From Selaginella moellendorffii (lineage: Eukaryota > Plantae > Lycopodiophyta), in contig NW_003314261.1 in the NCBI RefSeq assembly GCF_000143415.4, positions 2,060,117-2,124,116 on the forward strand: DNA of 64,000 nt. The letters are read 5' to 3'. The notes beneath the pieces were generated by a model that had not been told where the DNA came from, did not search any database, and saw only the letters and a list, made by a program, of their open reading frames with translations. Positions 10,614 to 20,700 of this stretch are shown here, one piece after another (positions within the stretch are counted from its first letter, which is position 1; the number at the start of each line of letters is the position of its first letter). Made by a program: the position numbers and the translations under genes.

Positions 10614-13437
10614 TTAGATAGATATCCCTTCCCTCTGTAGGGTCTGCATTAGCGCCTCCTCCTCTTCGTTCAAGAGCTTGACGCAGCTCTTCAAATCGCT
10701 CCTGGCCGAGACCATCACCTTGTCACCGCCATCTCTGGACTTTAGATCCTTGAGCACCGCCTCGAGCACCTGGCGCCGGACATACTCGTCCTGGACCTTC
10801 TCCAGAATCCCCGGCAAGATCTTCAGCTGCAAAGCTCGCGACGTCGCGAGCGCCGCAACGAGCTGGCCAATCTGTTTGGGCGCCATGGGACTGTCGATGG
10901 CGGTCTCGTCCAGCTGCTCGGCTAGAAGCATCAGCCCCGACGCGAGCTGCGCCTCCGTCACCACCCCCTGCGCATGGAGATGGTTGAAGAGCTTGAAGAG
11001 GAGCTCGCGCTCCCTGTCGCGCTTCTCCAGCGCCAGTGTCACGGCAACCTGGACGAACTGTGGATGATAGTCCGGAGACTTCATCTCCTGGATGCACAGC
11101 GTTGCCTCGGTCAAGTCCATGATGCTGAAGTACTCCTCCAGTAGCGACTCAGACTTCTTGTTCAGTATGCCCGATGATGGAGATGGCGTCGCGGCTCGCT
11201 CTTCACTGATAACCGGAGGAGTTGGAGCTGGAGTCGGAGCTGGAGCCGGAGCTGGCTTTGGAGCCGCTGGTGGCGCTTCGGCCGTTGGACCCCCGGTCCC
11301 GAGCAGCGGACTAGACTTCCCCAAGAACACCGAACTTGCCTGTGGTAGCACCCTTTGTTGTCTACCCGGGACGCGGCCGGGAATGTTTGCTGACTGATAG
11401 GACATCGCTGCCGCCGCTGCCGCCGCTTCTCGCTGCTTACTCTTCTTGGGTCCAGCCATTTCCCAAGGACCATCGGGGTCTATTCCCATTGAACGAGGAG
11501 GCCCCCCAGGCGCTCCAGGAGCACCGGGCATGGGTGCACCAGGCATCAACCGACCCGCTGGCATGAACGATGGATCCTTGTTTATGGCACTCCCGGGCCT
11601 TCCGTTTCTCGAACGTATCCCGAGTTTCTGCTCTGCTTCCGCGTGAATTTCGTTTATGGTCTTTGCTTTTATCTGGGAAAGATGGGAAGTGTTAAAAGCC
11701 TGAAATACAAGGAAACACAGCATACCTCTTCTCGTCTTGGAATCCACTTGTTGCTACGCAGATCCAATACGTCGCGGACCATGAACCGCAATCTCGAAGG
11801 CAGGTTCTTGTTGTTACCCAACTCTTTCATTCTCCGGAAATATTCGTCCAGCGACGATCGGGACTTCAAGTTTTCCTCGACTTGCTTTCCAACAGTCGCA
11901 AAAAGCTGGCAAAGTGCTTCGATATTTTCTTCAACAGGAATAGCAGTCCGATCCGGTCCAAGTAACTCCTGAAATTATGAAGAAGTTACACGTTATAACC
12001 ATAATTTCACAACTCACCATAATGCAAGCGTGCACGATCTTCTCGGGGATCATCCTTTGCTTGAAAAGCTCGCCAATAAATCGAATGTTCCCAAGTGTGC
12101 GTAGTTTAACCTTTCTTTCTTTGTCCATGCGTTCAAGTTCTTGCTCAGGCGATCGCATTTCTTTCACTTCAGCACGTAATGCAGCGGCGCCTTCAAATTC
12201 TTCCTGGCAAGTGTTCAGCAGAATCCGACGAAAGGTCGTAGGCTTCTCTCCCGGCTCGGAAGAAGGAAATTCTTGCAAGGTAGTGCTCAAATGTACACAT
12301 AGTTGTGAATACATGGGACAGAATGTCGGCTCTGCAACAGCCTTGTCGAAGATTAACGAGATAACTCCCTGCAGCAAGAAAGAAATAGGAAACAATGAAC
12401 AACAAATATATCGCCGAAATTGAGAGCCTTACCTTGAGCTTCTCAGCAGTATCAATGCCAGCTTGCAACAATTGTTCCAGCAACACGTCATACTTTTCAG
12501 GTGTCAACTTGTTCAATATTCTGAGAAAAAAAAAGTGTGAGAATCAACGCAAGAGAATCAGGAAAGCGATGGATACCCCTTGACCGTTCTAAACACCCGC
12601 TCCTCCTCAGACTGTGATCCCCTCCGGACCCAAGGATTAGCTGCCTTCACTATTGGAGGAGCTGCCTGCCGGTCGTTCTGGTAATAAACAAGCTCTTAGA
12701 GAAGATTTCTGATTTAAATGCCATACCGGAGGTGGCTGTCGCGCATTGAACTGGCTCGACGCTCTCTCTTTGGAGTAATCCACAGGCGACACCTTGTCTT
12801 CCGAGGTACTGCGTGTACGCCAATCTCTTTTATCAGTTTCCACCGGTCTCTGGGGCTGGAAAAAAAAACACTCTCCATCTTACAGAGGCATAGACAAAGC
12901 CAAACGCATTACCATTGTGTCCAGACGGCTCCATTCTTGTTCCTCGCTCAAGCTGGAATTCACCTCAGCGACCAAGCTCAAAATCTCCGATGTAGCATCG
13001 CGACAGATCTGCACAGCGATGATAAATTCCGCGATCGCGCAGCGAGCACAAGTAGCACAGACCTCTTGATACTGCAATAAATCCTCCCTTGTGTACCGCA
13101 GCTTTTCCCAATCGGCCTTCCTCGACTCCTACACAAGACAATCGGTCATATCAGGCAGAGAATGCACAGATCGGCGCTGCGATCCAGCTCCCGAGCAGAC
13201 CTAATTGCGGCGAGCATGCAACAATACCTTGGCTGGAGCGGGTCGGAAGACGAATCCGGAGGGCGTCCTCCCTCCCGGCCCCAAGAATCCTCCAGTTGCA
13301 TCGCCGGGGGCACCGTTGCTGGTCCCAAACCTCGGAAACCCTCGGCCGCCGCCAGGCCGGAGGCTCACTCCCCCCAAATCTGTGGTAGCGCCTGAGGATC
13401 CGACGAGCGACGATGGCGTTATTGACGACACCTCCAT
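10614..13437 (-). CDS. eIFiso4G: Eukaryotic translation initiation factor iso4G, multi-exon
   Basis: N-terminal SLRPGGG motif; eIF4E-binding RYTREDLL; MIF4G domain ([38 protein letters not shown]); C-terminal MA3 domain ([14 protein letters not shown]). Confidence 0.93.
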
Positions 13438-13626
13438 AGCTGAGACCACGAAAAAACAAAAACCCTTGCTCTGCAGTGTTTATATTGATGCCCCCCTCTT
13501 CTCTCACGATGGACGAAGGGCAGATAACATAACAGGGGCAATAAGGCAATAATGTGAAATCCTTTTTAGGGCACCTTAGAATATCCTCGCGCCGGCGGTG
13601 TGAGGTTCGAATCCCATTAAATGCAC

Positions 13627-15483
13627 TTAGGGCTCTTGCGTGAAGACGTTGGAGACGAGAATGTAGCCCGCGCCATTCCGGGGATGGAGATGGAGGACGC
13701 GTTTCGCGGCGTCCCCGATCGAGTGCTTGTAGAATCGCGTCGCGGCGAGCAGGCACGTCCAATCCAGCGCGTCGGGCACGAATGGCATGTTTTCGAGGAG
13801 ATCGAGCGCTTCTTCCAGGTATCCGGCCCTCGCGAGCACATCCACAACGCAGGAGAAGTGCTGCTTGATGGGATTCACCCCATAATCCATCCTCATGCTC
13901 AGGAATTGCTCGATTCCCAGGCGCGCGTCGCCGATCTGGCCGATCGCCAGGAGAACGATGATGAAACAGGGCTCTTGCGGCGAGAATCTCAGCTTCATGC
14001 GATTGAACTCCGCTAGGGTTTCGTGCGGCCGTTCGTTCTCCGCCAGACCCAGAAGCATCGTCCTCCACGAGATGAGATCCCTCTCAGGCATGGAGACGAA
14101 GATTCGCCTCCCGGATTCCAGATGCCCGTTCTGGGCATATGCCGCCACCATGGCAGTCCACGTCACCTCGTTCCTCGCCGGCATTTGATCAAACAAGATC
14201 TTTGAGGCTCCGAGATTCCCAGACTGGGAATATGCGGAGCAAACTGCCGTGTGAGAAACCACGTCCTGACCGGGCATTTTTCTCACTAGGGAATCTGCAT
14301 CTTCAAGTAACCCAGCACGGGCATATGCCGCTGCCAACGCAGTCCACGATTGGAGGTCCCTTTCAGGCATCGAGTCAAACAATGACTTGGCATATTCAAG
14401 GCGCCCAGCCTGACAATACGCAGCAACCACAGCCGTCCACGTCAGCAGGTCTTTTGCCGGCATGTTCTGAAAGATCTCGCTAGTCTCTTTCACACAGCCC
14501 AATCCACTGTAGGCTGAAAGCATAGCATTCCACGTCAAGAGGCTGTGATAGGCCATGGACTCGAAAGTGCGCCTGGCCTCTATGGTATACCCGCTTTGGG
14601 CGTAGGCTGATAACATGGTGTTCCAAGATACCAGGCTGTGTTGCGGCATATTCTGAAACATTGCCTTGGCATCTAGAATTTTTCCGCTCTGAACATATGC
14701 CGCCAGCAATGAGTTCCAAGTGACGTGATCTTGTAGTGGCATATTCCTAAACAGTGTCTGGGCCAAATCAAGATGCCCACAGCGGGCATATGCGCTTAGC
14801 ATCTCATTCCAAGTTATGAGATTGTGCTGTGGCATGGATTCGAAGACAAACCTTGCTGAGTCGGCATGTCCAAGTCGCGAGTATCCCGCCAGCATGGCAC
14901 TCCACGTAATCAGATCCCTAGCCGGCATTTGGTGAAACGTCCTCTTTGCGTCGGGCATATGCCCACTTTGGGTATACCACGTCAGCATGGCCGTCCACGT
15001 GATCAGGTCCCGCTCAGGGAAAGTCTCAAAGAAAGCCACGGCGTTTTCGAGGCAAATTTCTGCAGATAGCATGGCATTCCACGTACTCAAACTCCGCAAA
15101 GGCATTCTTTGAAAGAGGCGCTTGGCATCGGAATAATGCCCGTTTGAGGCATTTGCGCAAATCATCAAATTCCACGAAGCCAAGTCTGTCTCCGGATTCC
15201 CTTCGAATAACTTCCTGGCCTGATCCATCTGCCCGTTTCGCGAGTACGCCGCCATCAGCAGGTTCCAGCTCGCGACATCGCGCAGAGGCATGCCATCAAA
15301 CAGGATCTTGGCGTCCCTCAGATGCCCGAAGCGGGTATATGCGGTCAGCAGCGTTTTCCATGCCTGGAGATTCCATTGCCATGGACTGAAGGCTCTAAAG
15401 AGCTTGCTCGCTTGCCCTAGATCCCCAGTTCTGCAATGTGAAGCTAGCAGGGATTCCCGGGATCTGGAAGCGGCATCTGGCAT
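13627..15483 (-). CDS. PLS-class pentatricopeptide repeat protein with E domain and no DYW (putative organellar RNA-editing specificity factor)
   Basis: Intronless 618-aa ORF with ~14 tandem ~31-aa motifs (..W.AML.AY...G....A...F..MP..D), then HFSCVVDVLARAG and an E motif (MPFVPD...W..LL.A). Confidence 0.93.
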   Translation of the reverse strand: MPDAASRSRESLLASHCRTGDLGQASKLFRAFSPWQWNLQAWKTLLTAYTRFGHLRDAKILFDGMPLRDVASWNLLMAAYSRNGQMDQARKLFEGNPETDLASWNLMICANASNGHYSDAKRLFQRMPLRSLSTWNAMLSAEICLENAVAFFETFPERDLITWTAMLTWYTQSGHMPDAKRTFHQMPARDLITWSAMLAGYSRLGHADSARFVFESMPQHNLITWNEMLSAYARCGHLDLAQTLFRNMPLQDHVTWNSLLAAYVQSGKILDAKAMFQNMPQHSLVSWNTMLSAYAQSGYTIEARRTFESMAYHSLLTWNAMLSAYSGLGCVKETSEIFQNMPAKDLLTWTAVVAAYCQAGRLEYAKSLFDSMPERDLQSWTALAAAYARAGLLEDADSLVRKMPGQDVVSHTAVCSAYSQSGNLGASKILFDQMPARNEVTWTAMVAAYAQNGHLESGRRIFVSMPERDLISWRTMLLGLAENERPHETLAEFNRMKLRFSPQEPCFIIVLLAIGQIGDARLGIEQFLSMRMDYGVNPIKQHFSCVVDVLARAGYLEEALDLLENMPFVPDALDWTCLLAATRFYKHSIGDAAKRVLHLHPRNGAGYILVSNVFTQEP

Positions 15484-15962
15484 ATGCTCAATCAGTGTTA
15501 AAAGATCAAAGAAGCCGGCATTTTATTCGTCCACGTCACAAATCGTGTGCCTGGGCCCCGTACCATGTGCCATGTGTATGTTGTGCACGCTATTATGCTC
15601 TTTTCATTTTTCTTTCCTTCTTTGCAAGTGCTATTTCTCCGTTCCCTGCCACAAGCCTTCCTATCTTCTCATCTTCCATCGATAGTTTCGATTTCGTCAC
15701 ATTCCCTGCGATCTCTGGCTGTTCTTGGTGTTTGCGCGACCGATCGTCTCATCTTCCATCGATAGTTCTTTCGGATCTATCTTCCTCGATTTCATCACAG
15801 TCCCTGCGATCTCTGGCCGTGCTTGATCCAGTGGCACCGATCCTTCGTTGTGAGATTCTCGGAGCTCTAAGAGGTGTCATCTCTCACCTCTTAGTTGTCC
15901 TACACACATCGCCGTCCTGATGCTTGCTTGCAAGCGCACGGGATCCAGGAGCACCGATCTTT

Positions 15963-16047
15963 TGTGAGGCTTGCCTTTGATTCTCTGAGCTCTGGGAGGT
16001 GTGATTCCCTCACCTCCTAGCTCTGAGAATCAACAGCAAGCCTCACA
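15963..16047 (+). ncRNA. Pre-miRNA-like hairpin 1 (candidate mature UGAGGCUUGCCUUUGAUUCUC at 15965-15985, star at 16027-16047)
   Basis: TGTGAGGCTTGC pairs with GCAAGCCTCACA, TTGATTCTC with GAGAATCAA, and GGAGGTG with CACCTCC. This gives a 21-nt duplex with a symmetric 2-nt mismatch. Confidence 0.72.
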
Positions 16048-16230
16048 CACATCGGCTGTTCTTTGATCTCGTCTTGCAGGCGCGGGATCCAGGACTTGTG
16101 AGGGTTGCCTTTGATTTTCTGAGCTCTCGGAAGTGTGATTCCCTCACCACCGAGCTCTGCACACATCGAGATCTTTGGCTGTTCTTTGATCTCGTCTTGC
16201 AGGCGCGCGGGATCCAGGAGCAGCGATCTT

Positions 16231-16315
16231 TGTGAGGCTTGCCTTTGATTCTCTGAGCTCTGGGAGGTGTGATTCCCTCAGCTCCTAGCTTTGAGAGTCA
16301 ATTGCAAGCCTCGCA
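16231..16315 (+). ncRNA. Pre-miRNA-like hairpin 2 (identical 5' arm; candidate mature at 16233-16253)
   Basis: Same 5' arm as hairpin 1. The 3'-arm substitutions mostly create G:U pairs. Confidence 0.68.
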
Positions 16316-16553
16316 CGCATCGAGATCTTTGGCTGTGCTTTGATCTATCTCGTCTTGCAGGCGCGCGGGATCCATGAGCAGCGATCTTTGTGTTGATTCT
16401 GGGGGGTGTGACTCTCTCACCTCCTAGCTCTGGGAATCCTCACACATCGTGTATGCATCCCATCGCACTGGATTTTCACTGCATGAGCGTCGATCTAGCG
16501 ACTTCCCGCTAGAATATTTCTGCAGGAGCCCTAATCTAGGTTTGTGGCGAGCA

Positions 16554-17755
16554 ATGGCGCCCATTGCGAGCTCTGGCGAGCGATTCTTGTGCTGCTGGAG
16601 CGCTGCTGCGTGCCATTCGGATTATCTCCAGGTGAAAGATTCGTGATGGGGATTTCTCCTTCGTTCTTCTTCGTGCTTGTCTTAGCTTTGTCTTCCGTGT
16701 GTCTGTTTCTTTGCAGGTGAAAAGAGTGAGCTTCAAGCCTCCCGGGACCGAAGCCACCATTTTAAACAACGTGAGCTTCTCGCTTCCCGAAAAGAGGTCT
16801 ATCAAAGTTTCGAGGCTCGTGACTTTCCTAGGACTGTTCTTGCAGGCTAGGATTGATCACTGGAAGAAGCGGTAGTGGCAAGACAACATTGCTTCAGGTA
16901 TCTCTCTCTTTGTTTCTTGAGCGTTTTTTGCATTTGGTCCTCACCACTTTCACACACAGATATTAGCCGGCCTGGCGTCGCCCACACAAGGCTCCATCGT
17001 TCTAGGCGGCACCAAAGGGGACACCACAGTCAGCCTCACAGCCAAAGTGGGCCTGGTTTTCCAGTTTCCTGAGAGGTTGTACGTCTTTTCAAAGCCTACA
17101 AATGAAATTGACAACTTGATTGATCCTCGCAGGTACTTTCTCACGGATTCCATCCTGGAAGAGCTAAGCTTCGGGTGGCCAAGCAAAAAAGAGGACTTTT
17201 TCTCCAGACAACTGCTAGCAATGCGCGTGCAAGCCGCTGTAGCTGCCGTAAGAATCTCGTTTCTTCCCTCACTAAGCTTTATGGACGTGCACAGACTGGT
17301 CTCGCCAGCATATCTTGGAACACCAATCCTCGAGCTTTGAGCGATGGATTCAAGCGACGATTAGCACTCGCTGTGCAACTGGTAACCTGTGATTTCACCG
17401 CTGCTCACGAGGACTACGTTTCTTGTCCTCTTTTTGTTGCAGGTCCGCATGCCAGAGCTGCTGCTGCTGGATGAGCCGCTCGCTGGCCTGGGTATGATGT
17501 TGTTTGTGGCCACCTTGGAATTCTTTAATGCTGTGGCTGTAGATTGGCAATCACGATCCGAGATAGCGAAGCTTCTGAACAACTTGAAGAAGGAGAGGAC
17601 GTTGCTCGTTGTGAGCCATGATCTGCGGTAACTTGCGTGATTAGTGCTTGGATCTTATTTTCTTTCCTCGCAGAGAGCTGATTCGACTGGTGGACAAGGC
17701 GTGGGTTATGGATATGGGTGGGACTTTGGTTGAGCAGCTAAATTCTACTCTCTAG
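16554..17755 (+). CDS. ABCI11: ABC transporter I family member 11 (soluble plastid ATP-binding subunit), multi-exon
   Basis: VSFKPPGTE..ILNNVSFSLPEK; Walker A GRSGSGKTT; VGLVFQFPER; signature LSDGFKRRLALAVQL; Walker B LLLLDEPLAGLDW; VVSHDL. Confidence 0.88.
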
Positions 17756-17799
17756 TTCGTGGAATGTTACTCTTAAGATAAAACTATACACTGACCGAT

Positions 17800-20700
17800 C
17801 AAACCAGTGAGGCTGGCTGGGCAATTAAAAGTTTTTAGTATTGCAACGGACTTCGCAGGCTCAACTCACAACAGCGGAAAGGCTCCTCGAACCGGGCAGC
17901 AGCGGAGGACATCCACATGACTAACGCCGCCTCCCAACTCTACATTGTTACACAATGAGCCACCTGAGGTGCCGCTCATGGAACGGGAGCAGTACGAACG
18001 ATTACATCCTGGTCAGCCAAACTAGTCTTTGACCATGTGGTGTACTAAGAGTTCCTGGCCCCCTCGGGATGCATGTACTGCTTACAACACTCCTGTCGAC
18101 AAGCAGAACTCGCTGTGGTCACGACCGAGTCATGCCAGCATGGCTGCCCGACTTTGCCCAGCAAGTCCAAGAGCTCTGGAATGCACTGCCCACGACCCCC
18201 TGATATTGAGGTCAGCTGACTGATCGACATGCTCACACGGTAGCACAGGAGTATTTCTCAGTTCACTCCCACCGCCCCAACTGGATGCGTTCCTAGATTG
18301 CAACGGTGGGACAAAGAATGTGATTGAGCCCTCTGCATGAAAAAGAATTGCTAATAGTCAAGCCATATACGACACCTTCTGTGTTCTTTGCAAAGCTAAG
18401 AAACAGAAACACCACTAGAAAATTCCAGAAGCTAAATGATGCTTGATCCTTTAAGTTGCAAATGTTATGACCCAGTGCCAACAAACGAAGTATGTTATGC
18501 CTTCTTGAAGTTCTTTCACCCAAATGTGGAAGTGAAACAAAGAAATATGAAAAGAAAAATGATGAGATTATGAGTATGGAACATTTGATATTTCACCCTC
18601 ATTATACAACTGAGAAGAATATTTTATCTTCCCTCCAAGAGTTAATAACTAGTGTAAGAATGGCAAAACAAAAGGAAAAAAAAAAAGGAAAGAAAAAAGT
18701 GAAGGGGAAAATGGACTGTGAAATTCTTGAGGAGGTTATTGATGAACTAGATTTCAAACCTACTTAGTATCACATACCCCAATTAGCCAAAAATATATAT
18801 ATAAAAGAAATGATCATTACACCTGATACATCATCTTGCACTAGAAGAGTTGTTTCTTTTGCATTCTCGATATTTAATACCACTTCTTTTACAATCTCCA
18901 TAGTAACATATAATACTTTTGCCACTTTTTCACCTTCCTCCATATCTACTTGTGCTATTAGTTTTGTGTCATACAATAAAAGAGGGTTATATGGAAGTTA
19001 TCTAGTTCTGGCCATCAATCTTCTTCCTAAAAAGAATAAAGAATCTGGAATAAGAAAATCAAAATTATTAAATTATATATATAAATCCCACACTCAAAAA
19101 GCTACTTTTTACATTTTGGATCACCTAAGGTTGTAAAAGAATTTATTTAAAATAAAAGACAGTTGTTCCAATAAGAAATAGCCATAGGTGACAAATGACA
19201 AAGTTAAAGGATGAATTTTAGTGTTGAGATAGTTAACAAGCAGACTAATGTGGTAGAATTGCCATGCTGGTTAGAGGGGGAAGGACATCTAGTATAGTGG
19301 CACAAGGAGCTCATAGAGGACATAGACTAGGACTTAACAACATGGAGATTGAAGTTAATGGCTTCTTCATGAAGGAAATAAAGGATGTGCAAAACAGACT
19401 GATGGTAAATAAGGAGTTTGAGAGAGAAGAAGTACCCAAGCTATGTCAAAAATGAATTGCACTAGGGGTGGAAGTGAACTAGGTGATAGAAAACACAGTG
19501 GCATTCTAGAAGTCACTGATCCAAGAGAAATCAAAAGGTACTTTTTATCTTGTGGCAATGAATAGATTGCCAATAGGACAATGATTCCAAGTAGAGGATG
19601 CCTGAAAATGTTTGGAATATATCACATTTGAGATAATAGCACACCTCCAATGGGAGTGTGATGTGACAAAAGAGACATGGAGAATGATAGCTAAAGTGAC
19701 TAAGGAGCTTTGAAATCAAGCAAGATTTTGAAATCTACAAAGGGGATGTCACTCAATGGTTCCCAGAGGCAAGGAGGTCAAACATGGGATTGGCTTGGCA
19801 AAAGATTGGTTATTGGGGATGTTCAGATCGAGGCACTAGAGATCAATTGGGATGCCATTGGAGTAGAGATTGGACTACAATCTAGGAGGCCAGGGGATAG
19901 ATTAGGTGGGAGATATGGCATGTATCCGGGGCTTAAGCACTTTTGGGAAGCTCAAAACCAAAGGCATTTTGAGGGACAGAATGCTCAGATTTTGGTGATC
20001 ATAACAAACTAATGAGGGCTCATGTTGGTAGCTGTCCGTCTCAGGAAATGCTGTCGCAAGAATATGGCAAAAAGAAGGTGCCTAATACTTTGGCAATGGC
20101 AATGAATCCCTTACTATAAAGGGAAATATGAGGGAGGTATCAAATGGAAGTGGAGACCACTAGATATTGTAGTAAAGGAGGCAAGATAAGATGATTTGGC
20201 ATTAAACCCTTTGCGAAGGAGACAACCACAACAACCTCAATTGGAAGGCAGCAACCACCAATAGGTGGGAGATAGTGAAATGTTATAGTTGAGAGAGTAG
20301 CACCATGAAAGTATCTTTTTTATAACAGTCCCTAAGGGACATTGAGATATATATAATGCCCCAATAAAAAATAGCCCAGACCAATCCATGTATATGTGCC
20401 ATTATTGCTAGGAGATGGCAATCCATATTAATGCCCAGCCGGTGGAGCTTCATATGGGGGATGAGTATGTGATTTATGATTATGATAGTAGTGAATTAGG
20501 TACATTGGTGCAGGTGAGCTTTTGTCATATTGAGAGGCTATAAACATTTTATGTTATACAAATTGATTAATCTAGTGTTTATAAATTATAAACATATTTA
20601 TAATTATAATGATTCATAACCATGCTATAATGAGGTCCACCAAGTGCCAATTCACCTAATCCCGAGGCAATATGCAAAAACCATTGCCATCCAATGCAAA

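Larger units (their letters stand above)
15667..16448 (+). repeat. Degenerate tandem array of ~130-150-bp units, each built around a fold-back
   Basis: Recurring GGGATCCAGGAGCA.CGATCTTTGTGAGG...GAGCTCT.GGAGGTGTGATTCCCTCA...CACATCG...GGCTGTTCTTTGATCTCGTCTTGCAGGCGC in about 5 copies. Confidence 0.9.

Noticed and set aside
13595-13620. GGTTCGAATCCC, resembling a tRNA T-loop/B-box
   Set aside because: No acceptor, D or anticodon stems could be built upstream.
13151-14068. 305-aa alternative-frame ORF bridging the PPR and eIFiso4G genes
   Set aside because: It is a shadow of GC-rich coding sequence with Arg-rich, motif-less composition.
15667-16448. Repeat array as a CRISPR array
   Set aside because: The context is eukaryotic, whole units are homologous with no unique spacers, and there are no cas genes.
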